Counted from the stretch's first letter, positions 1 through 13,878 are shown. The stretch: DNA of 64,000 nucleotides from Octopus sinensis (GCF_006345805.1 NC_043005.1:60574001-60638000), one strand, 5' to 3'. Notes: generated from the letters alone by a model not told the origin. Made by a program: numbers and translations.

Positions 1-2790
1 GACAAAGCATATGTGATTTGCGTGGCTAGGCCATTAGAATTCTTAACTGTGTAAATATTTAGTATTTTTACTTCGATCCAAGTGTTAGTAAAATCAGTGA
101 TTAAGACATTGATTCCACCACGCAGCACTGTGGCAAAATGTTTTGTATGACAATTATTAAGTATCCATAATTGCATCTGGTGGACATAGACTGTAAAAAA
201 ATGCAGGATGAAGTAACGGTTCTTTCTTTTTTTGTGAGATGGGTTAAGAATATATATTCATAAGCATTTTTATACAAGGATACTAAGACAGCGTTTTTAG
301 TAAACACTTTAGAATACTCGACTAAAATCCGTTGTGTATTTAGTTTTATTTCTCATGTAACTTACTAACGCATATTTGAATTGACTGGCCTCCATAATCC
401 CCATAAGGAATCGGCAGAATGAATTTCTAACAAATACCTGGGACTATCTAGTAGGAAATACCACAACGCATTCATTTATGGCACGCGATAAAGCAGTTAA
501 AAATCAGTATATCGATAGTAAGATTTTGACAGGATAGAAGCTGTTTAAATTTTGATTGCAAATACAGTGTTGACCTTCATAATCTGGAGGTCTTAGCAAA
601 AATCATACCAAAATTAGAACTGAATGATTTGTATCAAAATAGGTACGAGAGCCAATGTTACGTTTTATGACGATATATCTTCTTAATTATTAATCAAAAG
701 TCATTTATATTCACATTTCCGACGTTGATGTGTGATTCTCAGTCCCTGTTTTATTTTCTTATAAAATGTGAATGAGGAATCTAATTTAGCCAAACTGGTA
801 TGTGACTCATTCACAGAAAGCGAAAAATAGCTTGCATTATAATGCATTTATGCTAATAAAAGTTAGTTACCATATTGTCTTGCGGTAAGTATTTCGGATA
901 TAAATCCTGTTCTAGATAGTCACGATGTCATGTAACTTACTAAATAATAAATCTGACATTGGGATCTCAAAGAACTCATTCTATCACTTATTATTTTCCG
1001 GTAAAAATAACTGGGGATTTTTTCAATAATTTAAAAAACGAAGAGCTTATTTTAGAATAAACATTGATTTACTTATATTCATATAATATACTATTTTGAA
1101 ACATATAGTTTAGGTCTATTGATTTATGCTAATGGGGACACTTTCGTGTTTATTGTTACTTATTTTCGACGATAAAAATTTAACATGGGGGAAAAAAGAG
1201 AAATTTTAACGATATTATTCTATGATTTCAAAATTAAATGCATAGCAGCTGAAATTACTTGCATTATTAACCAAGCATTAACCAGGGGAACATCATGAAT
1301 ATATAATTCAATATTTATTCCAAAAGTTTTGGAGTAAAGTATCGAAGATAGAAATTTTCCTCTGTATTTCTTTTGTGTAAAATGTAGGTTTCCTTTCTTC
1401 ATCGCATTACGACACGAAAAGTGGCAAAAATGGATTATATACAATACCCAATAGTTATATCAATGGAAAGCCCCCACGCTCCCACAAACAAGGAACATTA
1501 GAAAAAAATTAGGACTAGTTGAAAAGGATCAATACTTCATCTGACGGCTCTCAACACATGTCACAGAAATGAGGTTATAGATATTATATATCTTGTGTTA
1601 CGAAACTTTACTTCGCACAACTTCTTTCACAGACGTCTCAGTGACCAACTACCTCTTTTTCAATAACTTGATATCTACCGGCAAATGAAGCATTTCAAAA
1701 CATCACTAAATAAATCAGGTATTCAGGAGTTGATGCTACTTAGAAAATATACATTATGTTGTTGGCAAAAGTATGTAGAAACAAATGATTATCATTTTGA
1801 TTATTCAAATTTAATCTGAGCTGAGATCTATTGCTTTAAAATTGATGGCAACAAAGCGAAATAATTTTTGTGCACCATTATCGTATAGCCTTTCAGCTTT
1901 AAATCTAGAGACAGAAGGAGGTAGTTATCAACTCAATCTGAAAAGCTAGTAAGTACTTATCTAATATATATTGTAATAGATGATATTATGTATTCTGTGA
2001 AAAAGCAATTAACAAGAGAGATATCTGTTAATATTATGTGTTAAGCGTCTGAAAGGTTTATATAGCATTAAACATCGCCTCACTGTGAAAACAATTATTT
2101 CTCATGACAGTACAACAAATTAATGTTGAAGTAGAGGTTATATTTGATCAGTTGCCGATGATATTCCGTACTTAGGCGCGATTTTCCATCAATTAAATAA
2201 ACCAATATTTTTGTGAATGTCATGTTTATCAATATTGGTTGGGTTTGTGTTCATTGCCCTAGGGTATCTATAATATGTGAGCATCGATATAATTGACTAT
2301 AACTATCTCCTACATTCATAATTTTGAGCTGACTTTGGAAATCATTATAAGCGCAATTATTGACATAATCTGTGGATTGTCGTGCAAAATATTCTTTACT
2401 ATTAAGTTACGTTACATTATATTCTAAAATATTCCGAAATGTATTCAGGGAAGTGAGATAGTAAGAGCCGATTAGAACGATTAACTCTGTGCAAAGTGAT
2501 GCCAGAAGGGAAATATAATGTAACGTATCTCACCTTCAAGATAAAAATTTGAAATAGACATCAAAATCTAATATTTCTAGTCGTTAGGTAAACTCCTATT
2601 GCCACGTTACCCTAACAACTGGAAAATTTATCTCCCATTTCCCTCTCTTTCTCTTTCTTTCTCTCTTCGTCTTTCCTAGCAAATCCGCCTCACTCCCACT
2701 TCGCATTTTTCTCATTCTTGTCTATTTTACTTATAAACAAATATTCGTTTCTTTTCTTTTTATTCTGCATAATATATATATATATATATA

Positions 2791-3133
2791 TAATATTAAT
2801 TAGAGACAAAACCACTATTATGCAAATCAAACAAAGAAAGACTTAATCCAATACATAAAAAATTTTATATAATTAAATATAATTAAGATATCCACTACGA
2901 TCGTTTCTTGTCACTTCTATGGACATTCATCAGGTGGTTTCAAGACCTTCTATACAATTTTAAACTATGAAGTAAGTTTTTTTATGTATTGGATTAAGTC
3001 TTTCTTTGTTTGATTTGCATAATAGTGGTTTTGTCTCTAATTAATATTATATTATATTTTACTATAAAATTGGATTCAATCCTAAATCTGATTTTTTCCT
3101 GTAAATTTGGATTTATTCCCTAATATTTATTAT

Positions 3134-3135
<2 letters not shown>
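2791..3135. mobile_element. PLE pseudo-LTR-like element with 72-bp inverted repeats flanking a hammerhead motif
   Basis: 2791-2862 is the reverse complement of 2978-3049; (TA)n on both sides; HHR motif on the minus strand between the arms. Confidence 0.7.
2892..2937 (-). ncRNA. Type I hammerhead ribozyme motif (minimal PLE type; A.A mismatch at base of stem II)
   Basis: Minus strand: CCAC CUGAUGA a UGUC-cauagaagu-GACA a GAA ACGAUCGU A/GUGG. Stem I CCAC/GUGG, palindromic stem III ACGAUCGU, cleavage triplet GUA. Confidence 0.7.
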
Positions 3136-3181
<46 letters not shown>

Positions 3182-3219
3182 TGATCAAAATAAAATAAAA
3201 ACATGATGCGAAGGACTCA

Positions 3220-3297
3220 GCGGTACATATGTTTCGGGCCTTTATTAGACAGATTTATAACAATGCATAATGTATGTCTGTGGCCTTCTTCAGCCGC
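3220..3297 (-). ncRNA. Type I hammerhead ribozyme motif, left arm of palindrome
   Basis: Reverse complement of the 5200-5277 motif. Confidence 0.8.
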
Positions 3298-5199
3298 GCA
3301 CAACAGCTTCCACAAGGACATGTGTTACATCAAAAGTTCTTGGTTGGGGATGCAAATCCTCTCATTCACGTACGACATAATGCGGCAGCAGCATAGAGTT
3401 GAAGCGTCCATCTCTTTCTTCTCTCAATGTAGAATGAGGAAAATTGGATGTTGAGGTAATGTAAATAAATAAATACATATATAGAGGTGAAGATGGAGGG
3501 GCGAGAGTTCGGGACGAGGGATAAAAAATGTATAAAAAGTGTAAGTATAGAATAATATAAAAATGTAGAGGATAAAGGGTTGTAAGGAGATGTAAAGGGG
3601 GTATAAAGAAATATAAAGTAAAAATAGAAATATAAATAAAAGTAAAAAAACCTGATAAAAACATGATAAAAGTGTAAAAGAATGTAAAGATAAGGGATGT
3701 ATAGAGGTTATGGACCAAGCATGGTGGTCAGGAGATTGATAAAATTTAGTTGTAGAATTGTCAGTACATCAACAGTTTCGTCTGGGGACTTAATGCGTTG
3801 TAAATCAGAGCTGATGAGCATTTAATCTGGTTCCTTGAATTAAATGGACTTCTAGTACATACATATCATCATGGATATATACACCCACATACACGCGTAC
3901 ATATACGCCTCCAAGCCTATAAGCATACACACGCACTCGCGTGTAAACACGTACATAAACACACACGCACCCACACGCACGCGCGTACACACACATACAT
4001 ACAACAGAATATCCGCATATATACACGGACATTACGCGCGTACACGCTCACATGCATATACGCACGCCCATCACTACATACACACACGTATATGCCCACG
4101 CCTCTAGGTCCAGGTATAAGATATTAAAGGATGTGTATAAGAACGTATGTAAAGAATCCCGTACTCATGTCAATACGCGCACGCACACACGGCTGTGTGT
4201 CCGTATGTGCGTGCACATATACACTCATATACACACACAGAGACACACGCGCACATGTGTGTGTGTATATGAGTGTATATGTGCACGCACATACGGACAC
4301 ACAGCCGTGTGTGCGTGCGCGTATTGACATGAGTACGGGATTCTTTACATACGTTCTTATACACATCCTTTAATATCTTATACCTGGACCTAGAGGCGTG
4401 GGCATATACGTGTGTGTATGTAGTGATGGGCGCGCGTATATGCATGTGAGCGTGTACGCGCGTAATGTCCGTGTATATATGCGGATATTCTGTTGTATGT
4501 ATGTGTGTGTACGCGCGTGCGTATGGGTGCGTGTGTGTTTATGTACGTGTTTACACGCGAGTGCGTGTGTATGCTTATAGGCTTGGAGGCGTATATGTAC
4601 GCGTGTATGTGGGTGTATATATCCATGATGATATGTATGTACTAGAAGTCCATTTAATTCAAGGAACCAGATTAAATGCTCATCAGCTCTGATTTACAAC
4701 GCATTAAGTCCCCAGACGAAACTGTTGATGTACTGACAATTCTACAACTAAATTTTATCAATCTCCTGACCACCATGCTTGGTCCATAACCTCTATACAT
4801 CCCTTATCTTTACATTCTTTTACACTTTTATCATGTTTTTATCAGGTTTTTTTACTTTTATTTATATTGCTATTTTTACTTTATATTTCTTTATACCCCC
4901 TTTACATCTCCTTACAACCCTTTATCCTCTACATTTTTATATTATTCTATACTTACACTTTTTATACATTTTTTATCCCTCGTCCCGAACTCTCGCCCCT
5001 CCATCTTCACCTCTATATATGTATTTATTTATTTACATTACCTCAACATCCAATTTTCCTCATTCTACATTGAGAGAAGAAAGAGATGGACGCTTCAACT
5101 CTATGCTGCTGCCGCATTATGTCGTACGTGAATGAGAGGATTTGCATCCCCAACCAAGAACTTTTGATGTAACACATGTCCTTGTGGAAGCTGTTGTGC

Positions 5200-5277
5200 G
5201 CGGCTGAAGAAGGCCACAGACATACATTATGCATTGTTATAAATCTGTCTAATAAAGGCCCGAAACATATGTACCGC
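5200..5277 (+). ncRNA. Type I hammerhead ribozyme motif, right arm of palindrome
   Basis: GCGG CUGAAGA a GGCC-acaga...ucugu...-GGCC c GAA ACAUAUGU A/CCGC. Stem I GCGG/CCGC, stem II GGCC/GGCC, palindromic stem III, predicted cut after 5273 (GUA). Confidence 0.8.
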
Positions 5278-5389
5278 TGAGTCCTTCGCATCATGTTTTT
5301 ATTTTATTTTGATCAATTTACTCCACCACCTACACCACCAAACGGTATACACAGGTGCTTATAATTATCAAGTACTCACCCCGAATTTC

Positions 5390-5456
<67 letters not shown>

Positions 5457-5497
5457 CATATATATATACATAGATGCGACAATATATTTATTTGCTA

Positions 5498-5860
5498 AAG
5501 CGGCGTGCTGGCAAGACCCTTAGCACGCCGGGGAAATGTTTAGCGGTATTTCGTCTGCCGTTACGTTCTGAGTTCAAATTCCGCCGAGGTCGTCTTGGCC
5601 TTTCATCCTTTCGGGGTCGATAAATTAAGTACCAGTTACGCACTGGGGTCGATATAATCGGCTTAATCCGTCTGTGTATCCTTGTTTGTCCTCTCTATGT
5701 TTAGCCCTTTGTGGGTAGTAAGGAAATAGGTATTTCGTCTGCCTTTACGTTCTCAGTTCAAATTCCGCAGAAGGTGACTTTTGCCTTTGATCCCTTCGGG
5801 GTCGATAAATTAAGTACCAGTCGCGTACTTGGGTCGATCTAATCGACTGGCACTTCCCCA
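5498..5860 (+). mobile_element. tRNA-derived SINE family A (one full copy plus tandem partial)
   Basis: GGCG..GCTGGCA A-box-like head, GAGTTCAAATTCC B box, body cctttcatcctttcggggtcgataaattaagtaccag shared with many copies in the window. Confidence 0.85.
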
Positions 5861-5873
5861 GAAACTTACATAC

Positions 5874-6294
5874 ATAATTTATTCTCAGAATGAGATAAAA
5901 AAATCCAAGGCTGTGAAGATTTTAGAACATTTATAAATAGAAAGTCTTACAGCTGTTTCCAGGATATTTATTATATCCCTTCGTCGGTGACGGCGTGAGA
6001 AAACGGTTAAGCAATAGTTAATTTGGATAAGATACGAAATAGAGAGTGAAGTGGAGGAATTTAAATAGATGTGAGATATGCATGGATATTGCATTTGTAG
6101 ACCCATTATTTAGGCAGAATGGTATACATATAAGATTCCAATACCGTGTGAGTAAAATCCAATAGTATTTCTCACACCGTCTCCGATGAAGGGTTATAAT
6201 AAATATCCTGGAAACAGCTGTAAGACCTTCTATTTATAAATGTTCTAACATCTTCACAGCCTTGGTTTTTCATCCCATTCTGAAAAAAAATTAT
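5874..6294. mobile_element. Palindromic pLTR-like element (about 128-bp arms 5874-6002 and 6168-6294) with an HHR-like motif in each arm
   Basis: The arms are diverged reverse complements. HHR-like motifs at 5944-5991(-) and 6179-6226(+) have a CCGA(U/C)GA core, stem III ACAGCUGU and a GUA site. The right end abuts (TA)n. Confidence 0.75.
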
Positions 6295-6952
6295 ATATAT
6301 ACACACGCTGATATATGACCTACGTTGGACTCCTTATTCGCATAATCACCAAACCTGTGATAGCGCTAACCCAAATGTAACCAGTAACAATGTAAAGAGC
6401 ATAGTTGATAGTAATGAAGATAATGAACTAGTGATGATTCCCCAGGTATCTCAATTACAACCATTATTATATCATTAAATGCCTAACATTTAATGATAAA
6501 ATCCAAGATAGTAGCGTTAATATTGTAATACTACAAATTATAACTTCAGAAATAATAGCATGACCCTTAATAATACTTCTAGGAGTTTAGATAGTACCAC
6601 GTGTTATGACACTGTGACTACGAATAATAGGATGAGAAATGCCAATAATTATAATAATGAGGATTTCGATAATGTTGATGATGAGATGATGATGATGAGG
6701 GGAGGAGGAGGAGGAGGAGGATAATAATGATGATGATATTTCGGAATGGTCATTTTGCCAGTTTAGCCAATAAATGTTTATTCTCTAAAATCCTTAGGAA
6801 TTTTCTATATATGTTCGAGGATATTACGCAACTGGAAGGAAGATTATACCATACTACATCTTCCTACTATTATGCTTATGAAAGTAGACCCTATCAGTTG
6901 TTTTGTTATCTCTCGTGTCAACAGATATATTATCAATAATAATGATAATAAT

Positions 6953-7330
6953 ACAGATCGTTTTATCGAACACCGTCGACCAGATATTGTCATATTGAAT
7001 TAGAGAGACAAATACTGTCAGATCATTGATGTAGCCGTACCAAAAGCCATGAAAAAATTAACCAAGTACTCCGAATTGAAAGTGGAAATGACAAAACTCT
7101 ATGGAATGCAAGAGAGTAATGTAAAAGTGATACCAGTGGTGATCGGAGCACTGGGCTCAATCCCATTGAAATTTCAAAACATTTTAAGGCACCTGCAAAT
7201 CCCAGGCAAGATTGATGTCTTACAAAAAGCAATCTTAGTGGGCACAGCGCACATCTTAAGGAAAGTATTTTCTGTTCACAGCCTTGTTGTGACTTGACAA
7301 ATGACTAAAGACTGGTGCATTTTACCTACA
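6953..7330 (+). mobile_element. R4/Dong-like non-LTR retrotransposon 3' fragment (restriction-like endonuclease domain)
   Basis: Translation TDRFIEHRRPDIV..IIDVAVP..KYSEL..VIPVVIGALG..LQKAILVGTAHILRKVF; flanked by (AAT)n. Confidence 0.85.
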
Positions 7331-7340
7331 CAGTGTTACG

Positions 7341-7345
7341 AATAA

Positions 7346-7422
<77 letters not shown>

Positions 7423-7515
7423 TCAATAATAATAATGATGATGATGATGATGATGATGATGAGGAGGAGGAGGAGGAGGAGGAGGAGCAAGATGGTAATG
7501 ATAATGATAATAATA
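7341..7515. repeat. Compound trinucleotide microsatellite (AAT)n(GAT)n(GAG)n
   Basis: Seen directly; explains the poly-I/M/R ORFs at 7315-7887. Confidence 0.95.
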
Positions 7516-8645
7516 ATCGCATGTTCCAATTGTAGGGGAAGTTCCCTCTGTCCGCTATCTTTTGAAAGTTTAGCAGGAAATATTGTTTATAAATGTACAG
7601 TACTGACAGAAAATAATAACTTTGTTCATACCGGGTGCTCTGTAAATATGAGAAAACGTTCGAATAACCATTCTTCATCCTGTAGACTAAGGCATAACTC
7701 TAATAGTACATCCTTATCTACGAAAATTTGTGATCTTCAAGACAATAATACCAATTTCTGTCTTAAATGGGATTTAGTGCTTAGAGCTCAACCAGACATA
7801 AATAGCCGATATGGATGTAGACTATGTTATATGGAATTATATGAAAATTTTAAATATAGAGATAAGAACAACTTAATGATAAATTAGATCTTAGATTATT
7901 ATGTATTCATAACATTATCTGTACCTTTAAATATTTTAGAAGCTGATATTTACTATACATATTTTTCTCTTTTTCTTTTTGGTGACTAAAAAAATCTTTT
8001 CTATAGCCCCTTTGATCTATTAACTCTTAGTAAACAGTATATACCTACCCAATCCCACTGGTGGATATACTCCATCACGGTTAATATAAATATACTAGTT
8101 TTTCCTAACGAGTCTTTAATTTTCAAATCTCCCCTGAATATAAAATATACCATCTATGATCTTTTTCTTCGTTGTATTTTAAATATATTTTCTTAATCTA
8201 TTTCTAATGATAATTTTACTTCTATTTTATCTCTGTTATAATCCAGTATATTTATGCATTTTCCATCTACTATTAATAATTAATTTATATTCTGATTATA
8301 ACTATTTATATAACAATTACATTATGATAGATTCTTTATTTTCATTTTATATTACCTTATTTCTCTTCTATATATCTTCGTATAACATCTTTTACTGGCT
8401 TACATTTATAACGTTTTCTAAAGTTTTAAATATAATTTTTTTATAATTTTTATTGTAATTTATATTATAATTTTTCTCTCAGACATTTTCTTAAATTTCC
8501 TCGTATATTTTATAAATCTTATAGAATCTTCATATATTATTCATACTTTTTCTGTTTTATTAATACTTTAAGAGTTTTAGAACTTTCTAAATATATTACT
8601 GCACATAATTTTTTTATATATTTTATATTTTCATGCCTTTATATA

Positions 8646-8693
<48 letters not shown>

Positions 8694-9611
8694 TTTATAA
8701 TTTTTTATATTTTCTTATATCATATTTTATATTTATAATTGTGTATATTTTTATTCTTTAGTTTTTATTTCTTTATATCTTTAAAGTTTTTATAGCATAA
8801 AAACCAGGTAGCAATTTATAACTTTTAATTTTTTTTATCAAATTTCATTTCTCATATGCTGCAATCATATATCTTCATATATTAAATTATGCGTTATCCC
8901 CGTATTTGGTTATACTTGAATTTTCTTTCTGGCCTTTATATATCTATATATTTATAATTTACTTTAACAGTATAAGTAAACTAAGTTTAAAACTTACTCC
9001 TTCCATCTCTCTCTTAACTTGTATCCCACCCACAATCCTTCAAGAGGTATTCCTTTTAACATTTCACTTTTTCTTCCCCTTTAAGATGACTACCAAAACG
9101 AGCTTTATTAGCTATCCCTATTCCCTCTATTCTTTCTATTATCACAACTCCCCCATGAGACATTTTCGTTTACCACTTCATTTTCATTTACCCTTTGGTG
9201 TTGATATAATTGGATGTAAAGTTCCATTATGCTAGATAGTACAACGATCTGTCATGATAATAAATTCATAGCTCCCTAAAGATCAAAGTTTTGAAGACTA
9301 TATTCTCATTGTTGTCTTCAATGTCTTGATAACGGGGTCGCTACTCTCATTTATCCCTTCCACTCACTGTAGTCTATGCTAATTTCTGGTTTGTATGTCG
9401 CTGTACTGTCATTTTTTTCATTCTGTCAAAAGCTTTAGAATCTCTATTGATGGTATGAACATGTTTAAACATCTAACGTGTCCCTTATCCTTGAAGTCTA
9501 TGCAGTCGTCTGATGAGAATGGTTTTCTTTGTAATGATGTAATGCTTTCCTTAATCAATGAAAGGGGTCGCTCGAATCGACCGTAAAGAATGGACACGTA
9601 TACATCTTTTT

Positions 9612-9708
<97 letters not shown>

Positions 9709-10320
9709 CTTCGAGCTTATTGATTCTTGTCGATGAGATGTACCTGAAAGAGGCAACACTGAACGAACTAAACAAAGCTTACAGCTTCATATATTAATCA
9801 GCCAACACGTTGACTGGTTTGCTCTAGTAGATCACCCGATCGAGAAAGATATCAATGCGACTCATGCAACACACATAAATAAACTAAATATGTAATTCTC
9901 ATGGATTTTATTTTTGTTTAATGTCATGTATTCGTCTTCAGAAAACAGTTTTTTTATTATGATATAGTGTACTCATTAATCATTTAAAAGACTCGCTTGA
10001 AATGGCTGCGATGAACAGACATATGTCCATGAATTGTTACTTATTTATTGCTTATTTGCTCCTCTGGGAACCTGCTCATCGCGTATTCCGATGTATATTA
10101 TGGACTGTATATCTAATGAAATGTACATGTCTGAATAGCTCAAGAGGGGATGATATACTCAGTTTGGTCCAGTTAACTATATACATGACCTGAATATCAT
10201 TCTGCCAGTACTTCTGTACCAAGGTTGGTATTCATCTATAATTGTTTAATGTGCATTTTATTTCGACCTAACTAAGGTGCATCACCTTTAAGTATCTTAT
10301 TCAACTGCATCTTCTTTTAT

Positions 10321-10367
<47 letters not shown>

Positions 10368-10405
10368 CACACTTCTACACACACAGAAACACAGAAACAC
10401 CTATC

Positions 10406-10472
<67 letters not shown>

Positions 10473-11819
10473 AAGTGTGGTGCGTGTATGTGTGTGTGTG
10501 TATGTGCATATAGTGTGGAATTAGGACTCCGCTTAAGGGTATCAAATATCGCTCGGAACTTTGTCCAATTTGTGTAACAGATTGGACACATACTGAGGTA
10601 TTTGTGAAAGGCAATTCAAAATTGCACAGCAATACCTGAACCAATAGGCACATGATTTTATTTTAGCATACTTGTCATTTTTACGTCGATAGAGATGTGA
10701 AGCAGCTGGATGTGTTTGCTCAAAATATATTAGAGGAATTTGACATTTTAACCTGTTTCCCCATTACACTGCTTGTAAAGAAAAGCAACAATGCACTTAT
10801 TAGTTTATATAACTCCCTATATTGGCATAATTAATGATATTTTAATCACACCATCTCGAGTAATTTGTACAGATGATGTAATATATCTAACAATTTATTA
10901 TACAGCGGACATTTTAATTGGATTCCACTTATACAATTAATTGATTGTTTGCATTAATACAACTGGCATTTAATATTTGCATTAACTGGAAATCCTACGA
11001 AGATTTCAGTTGGTTTTATGAATACACAGGCACACATTGCTACAGATCCGTGTCTAATTTGAAATAATGCAACACAAATCAATACTAAAAAGTCCAATGA
11101 ATTATGTAATATGAGGGTAACAGTTCATTAATTAAACTTTGTTCAGGCTTATCATGGACCAAAGATTTTCCTTTTTTTTCAGGATAAGGGAAATGCTATT
11201 GTTGCTCCTGCTATTCCGAGTATTGACGCTCTTACTAATAACACCGCCACCATAGCAACAATTTAAGTAACTATTATCACAATTATTACCACTATTGCAA
11301 ATAATTGTCTGTGAATTAATCTCAAAATGAGCTAACTTTCAGGGCCGTAGTTTCATCGAAAAGATCGATCCTTCACACTATTATATCAACCCCGGATGGA
11401 TGACAGAAAAAAGCAAGATCGGCGTGATTTAGGCTCAGAAAATAAAAGAAAGCTGGACAAATGCCACAAAGTATTTTTTCTCAGAGTTCTAAGAATATTC
11501 ATAATGGTCTCTGATTTAGTTGTAAGTCCTACATTTTGAGACGAAGCTGGCGGGTGATATTACCGATCCCTGAAATGGACACTACATTCATAATAATAAT
11601 AATAATACCTTGTAATATAGGTGCAAGGATTGGAATTTTGTGGGTAGAGGACACTATTCGAGTCCATTGGCAGCAATTCTCAATGGCACTTATTTTATCA
11701 ATCGCGGAAAGAATAAATGCAAAGTCCACCTCGGTGGAAATTGAAAGGCGAACGTAAAGAAGGACGAAATGTCACTAAGGCTTTCGTTCGGTATGCTAAC
11801 GTATCTGCCATGCCAAGTA

Positions 11820-11876
<57 letters not shown>

Positions 11877-13816
11877 TCATAAATTTATTTCTTTGTGGTC
11901 TTTGTATCTAATAAAGAAATTTATTATTATTATATTTGTTATTAATAAAGCGAGCGGAAAGAATGTTATCGCAGACCCTCTGTTTGACAGAGATTAGATC
12001 ATTTTATCACCACCTCACATCAGAGTAAGTTTAATGAAGCGTCTGTCGAAGACTGGATGCAAAGGGGTTTGCTTTGATTGCATAATACCGCGGATTTCCA
12101 GCGCTAAGCATGGAATAGTTGAAGGCAAATGTTTTGAACTGGTCACAGATCAGCGATTTCATGAAACATCCATATCTCCAAAATTCAATGAACAATGCAA
12201 AGGTAAATGAACGGCTTTCGTTCTCTGTGATTCAAATAATTTTTCGTAGGAGTTTTAAAGCAGATGACTTATTTGAATTCCGCTGGGCATGCTACCTTCT
12301 TTCCATGTACTAGACTGTAATATGAGCATTAAAATGAATTACCGCCAAAGTTATTGGGTCGTTTCCCAGACAACTTTGGTGACCTACGTGATGAATAAGG
12401 TGAGCCGTTCCACAAAGATATAAGAGCTATAGAGGAAATACAACTAAGACATTGTGATACCCTTATGATGGCGTATTACTGTTGAACCATTCAAGGTGAT
12501 TGTTCTGGAGCAATTCATCACATGAAGTCCATGAAACGACGCTTTCGTGAGACGTGTAAATAGATGAACATCTTATCAAAAATAACTTTGAATGCGTATT
12601 TCTCTATAATCCGTCCTTACGGATGTAATCTAAGCATATTCTTAATACAGTCTTCTTGTATGAAGCTTTTTTTTAATCCAAAAGGCAACAATAATGATTT
12701 CCTTGAAACTGTTCGGTTGTACTAATAATAATTTTTAGCATCATATATCTCGATAATATGGTGATGCCCCAGCATGGCCACAGCTCGTGAGCTGAAACTA
12801 GATAAAAATTTTTAAAACCCAGGGCTGGTGGTTAAAAAGAAATCTGATGGCATATTTAAAATCAGCGACCAAAAGTTCTCTAAAAACAGGTCTAATAACC
12901 TAGATGCTACTTTCTCTGTTCCCCAGTGTAATAAATATGGTGAGCTATATAAGCACTCATAAATACTATCTTAATGGCACGCATCTTTAGTGCATCCAGT
13001 GGTCTTGACTCCATTTGTAATCACACAGCAGTCATCATACATCACATTCTAAAACAGTCTGGCAATGAACTTGAAATAACGCATATGTTTTAGAAACTTA
13101 CGTGTTCAGTCAATACGTCTAGAAATAAATAGCAAACATTATTATTTTTATACAGCTTTTATCCTGCCTCAGTGATTATATAATGTGTTTTTGGCGGTTC
13201 TTCTTTTGATTTTTCTTACTTCCGTGATCTCTCAGTCAGACTTTCAATCAATACAATGTTCACCATTATTTTACTAATGCCAATTCTACTTCCAGTTTCA
13301 CAATGCCAATTCGATAATCCACCCTGCTTTACATTAACATAACGCACAGTTAAAATATTAATAATAAAACAAAATTGCACGTAATGAATTAGATGCTCGA
13401 AGTCTAACACTGGAAAGCATTTTGTAGGGAATAGCAATATGATGAAATAAAATAATAAAATTGTTGTATTTCGGAACGGTCATTTTTTTCTTTACCAAAT
13501 AAACACACGCACTATATATTCGTCCTCCACTCGTTTATCACTGTTCTTGTCCTAATTCATGATCATTGTCCGGAAACCTTTCGTCACGCGCCTGTAACAT
13601 TCTCAGCGACACCTTCCGTCTTCGTGTGTGCTCTTGCTCTGCTTAATGCATTCTGTTCTGCTATGATGTGCATCGTTATATGCGCATGCGTGTGTGGGCC
13701 TGTCTGTGTGTGTGTGTGCACGACAGCATGTGTGTCATTGTTCTTAGTAGCACTATGCCCTTTCTTTCAGCCTCATCCACTACCCCGTTGCTGCTACTGC
13801 ACTTGAACCCGCTGCC

Positions 13817-13817
<1 letters not shown>

Positions 13818-13878
<61 letters not shown>

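Larger units (their letters stand above)
3177..5320. repeat. Near-perfect 2.14-kb palindrome (1063-bp arms 3177-4239 and 4258-5320; 18-bp spacer)
   Basis: Mirror-image ORF pairs sum to 8497 (e.g. 3203..3454+/5043..5294-, 4124..4366-/4131..4373+). Mismatches seen at 3628/4869, 3974/4523 and 4064/4433. Confidence 0.95.

Noticed and set aside
3770-3850. Extra hammerhead from CTGATGAG-CATTTAA..TTAAATG (and GAAACTGTTGATGTA on the other strand)
   Set aside because: CUGAUGA and GAAA lie on opposite strands; no complete core on one strand.
3362-5135. 118-aa, 83-aa and H/T/Y/V/C-rich ORFs in the palindrome as genes
   Set aside because: Low-complexity or dinucleotide-derived; duplicated only because of the mirror symmetry; no recognisable domain.
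9524-9570. CTGATGA...GAAA at 9.5 kb as an HHR
   Set aside because: No closing stem II or III and no NUH/stem I pairing found.
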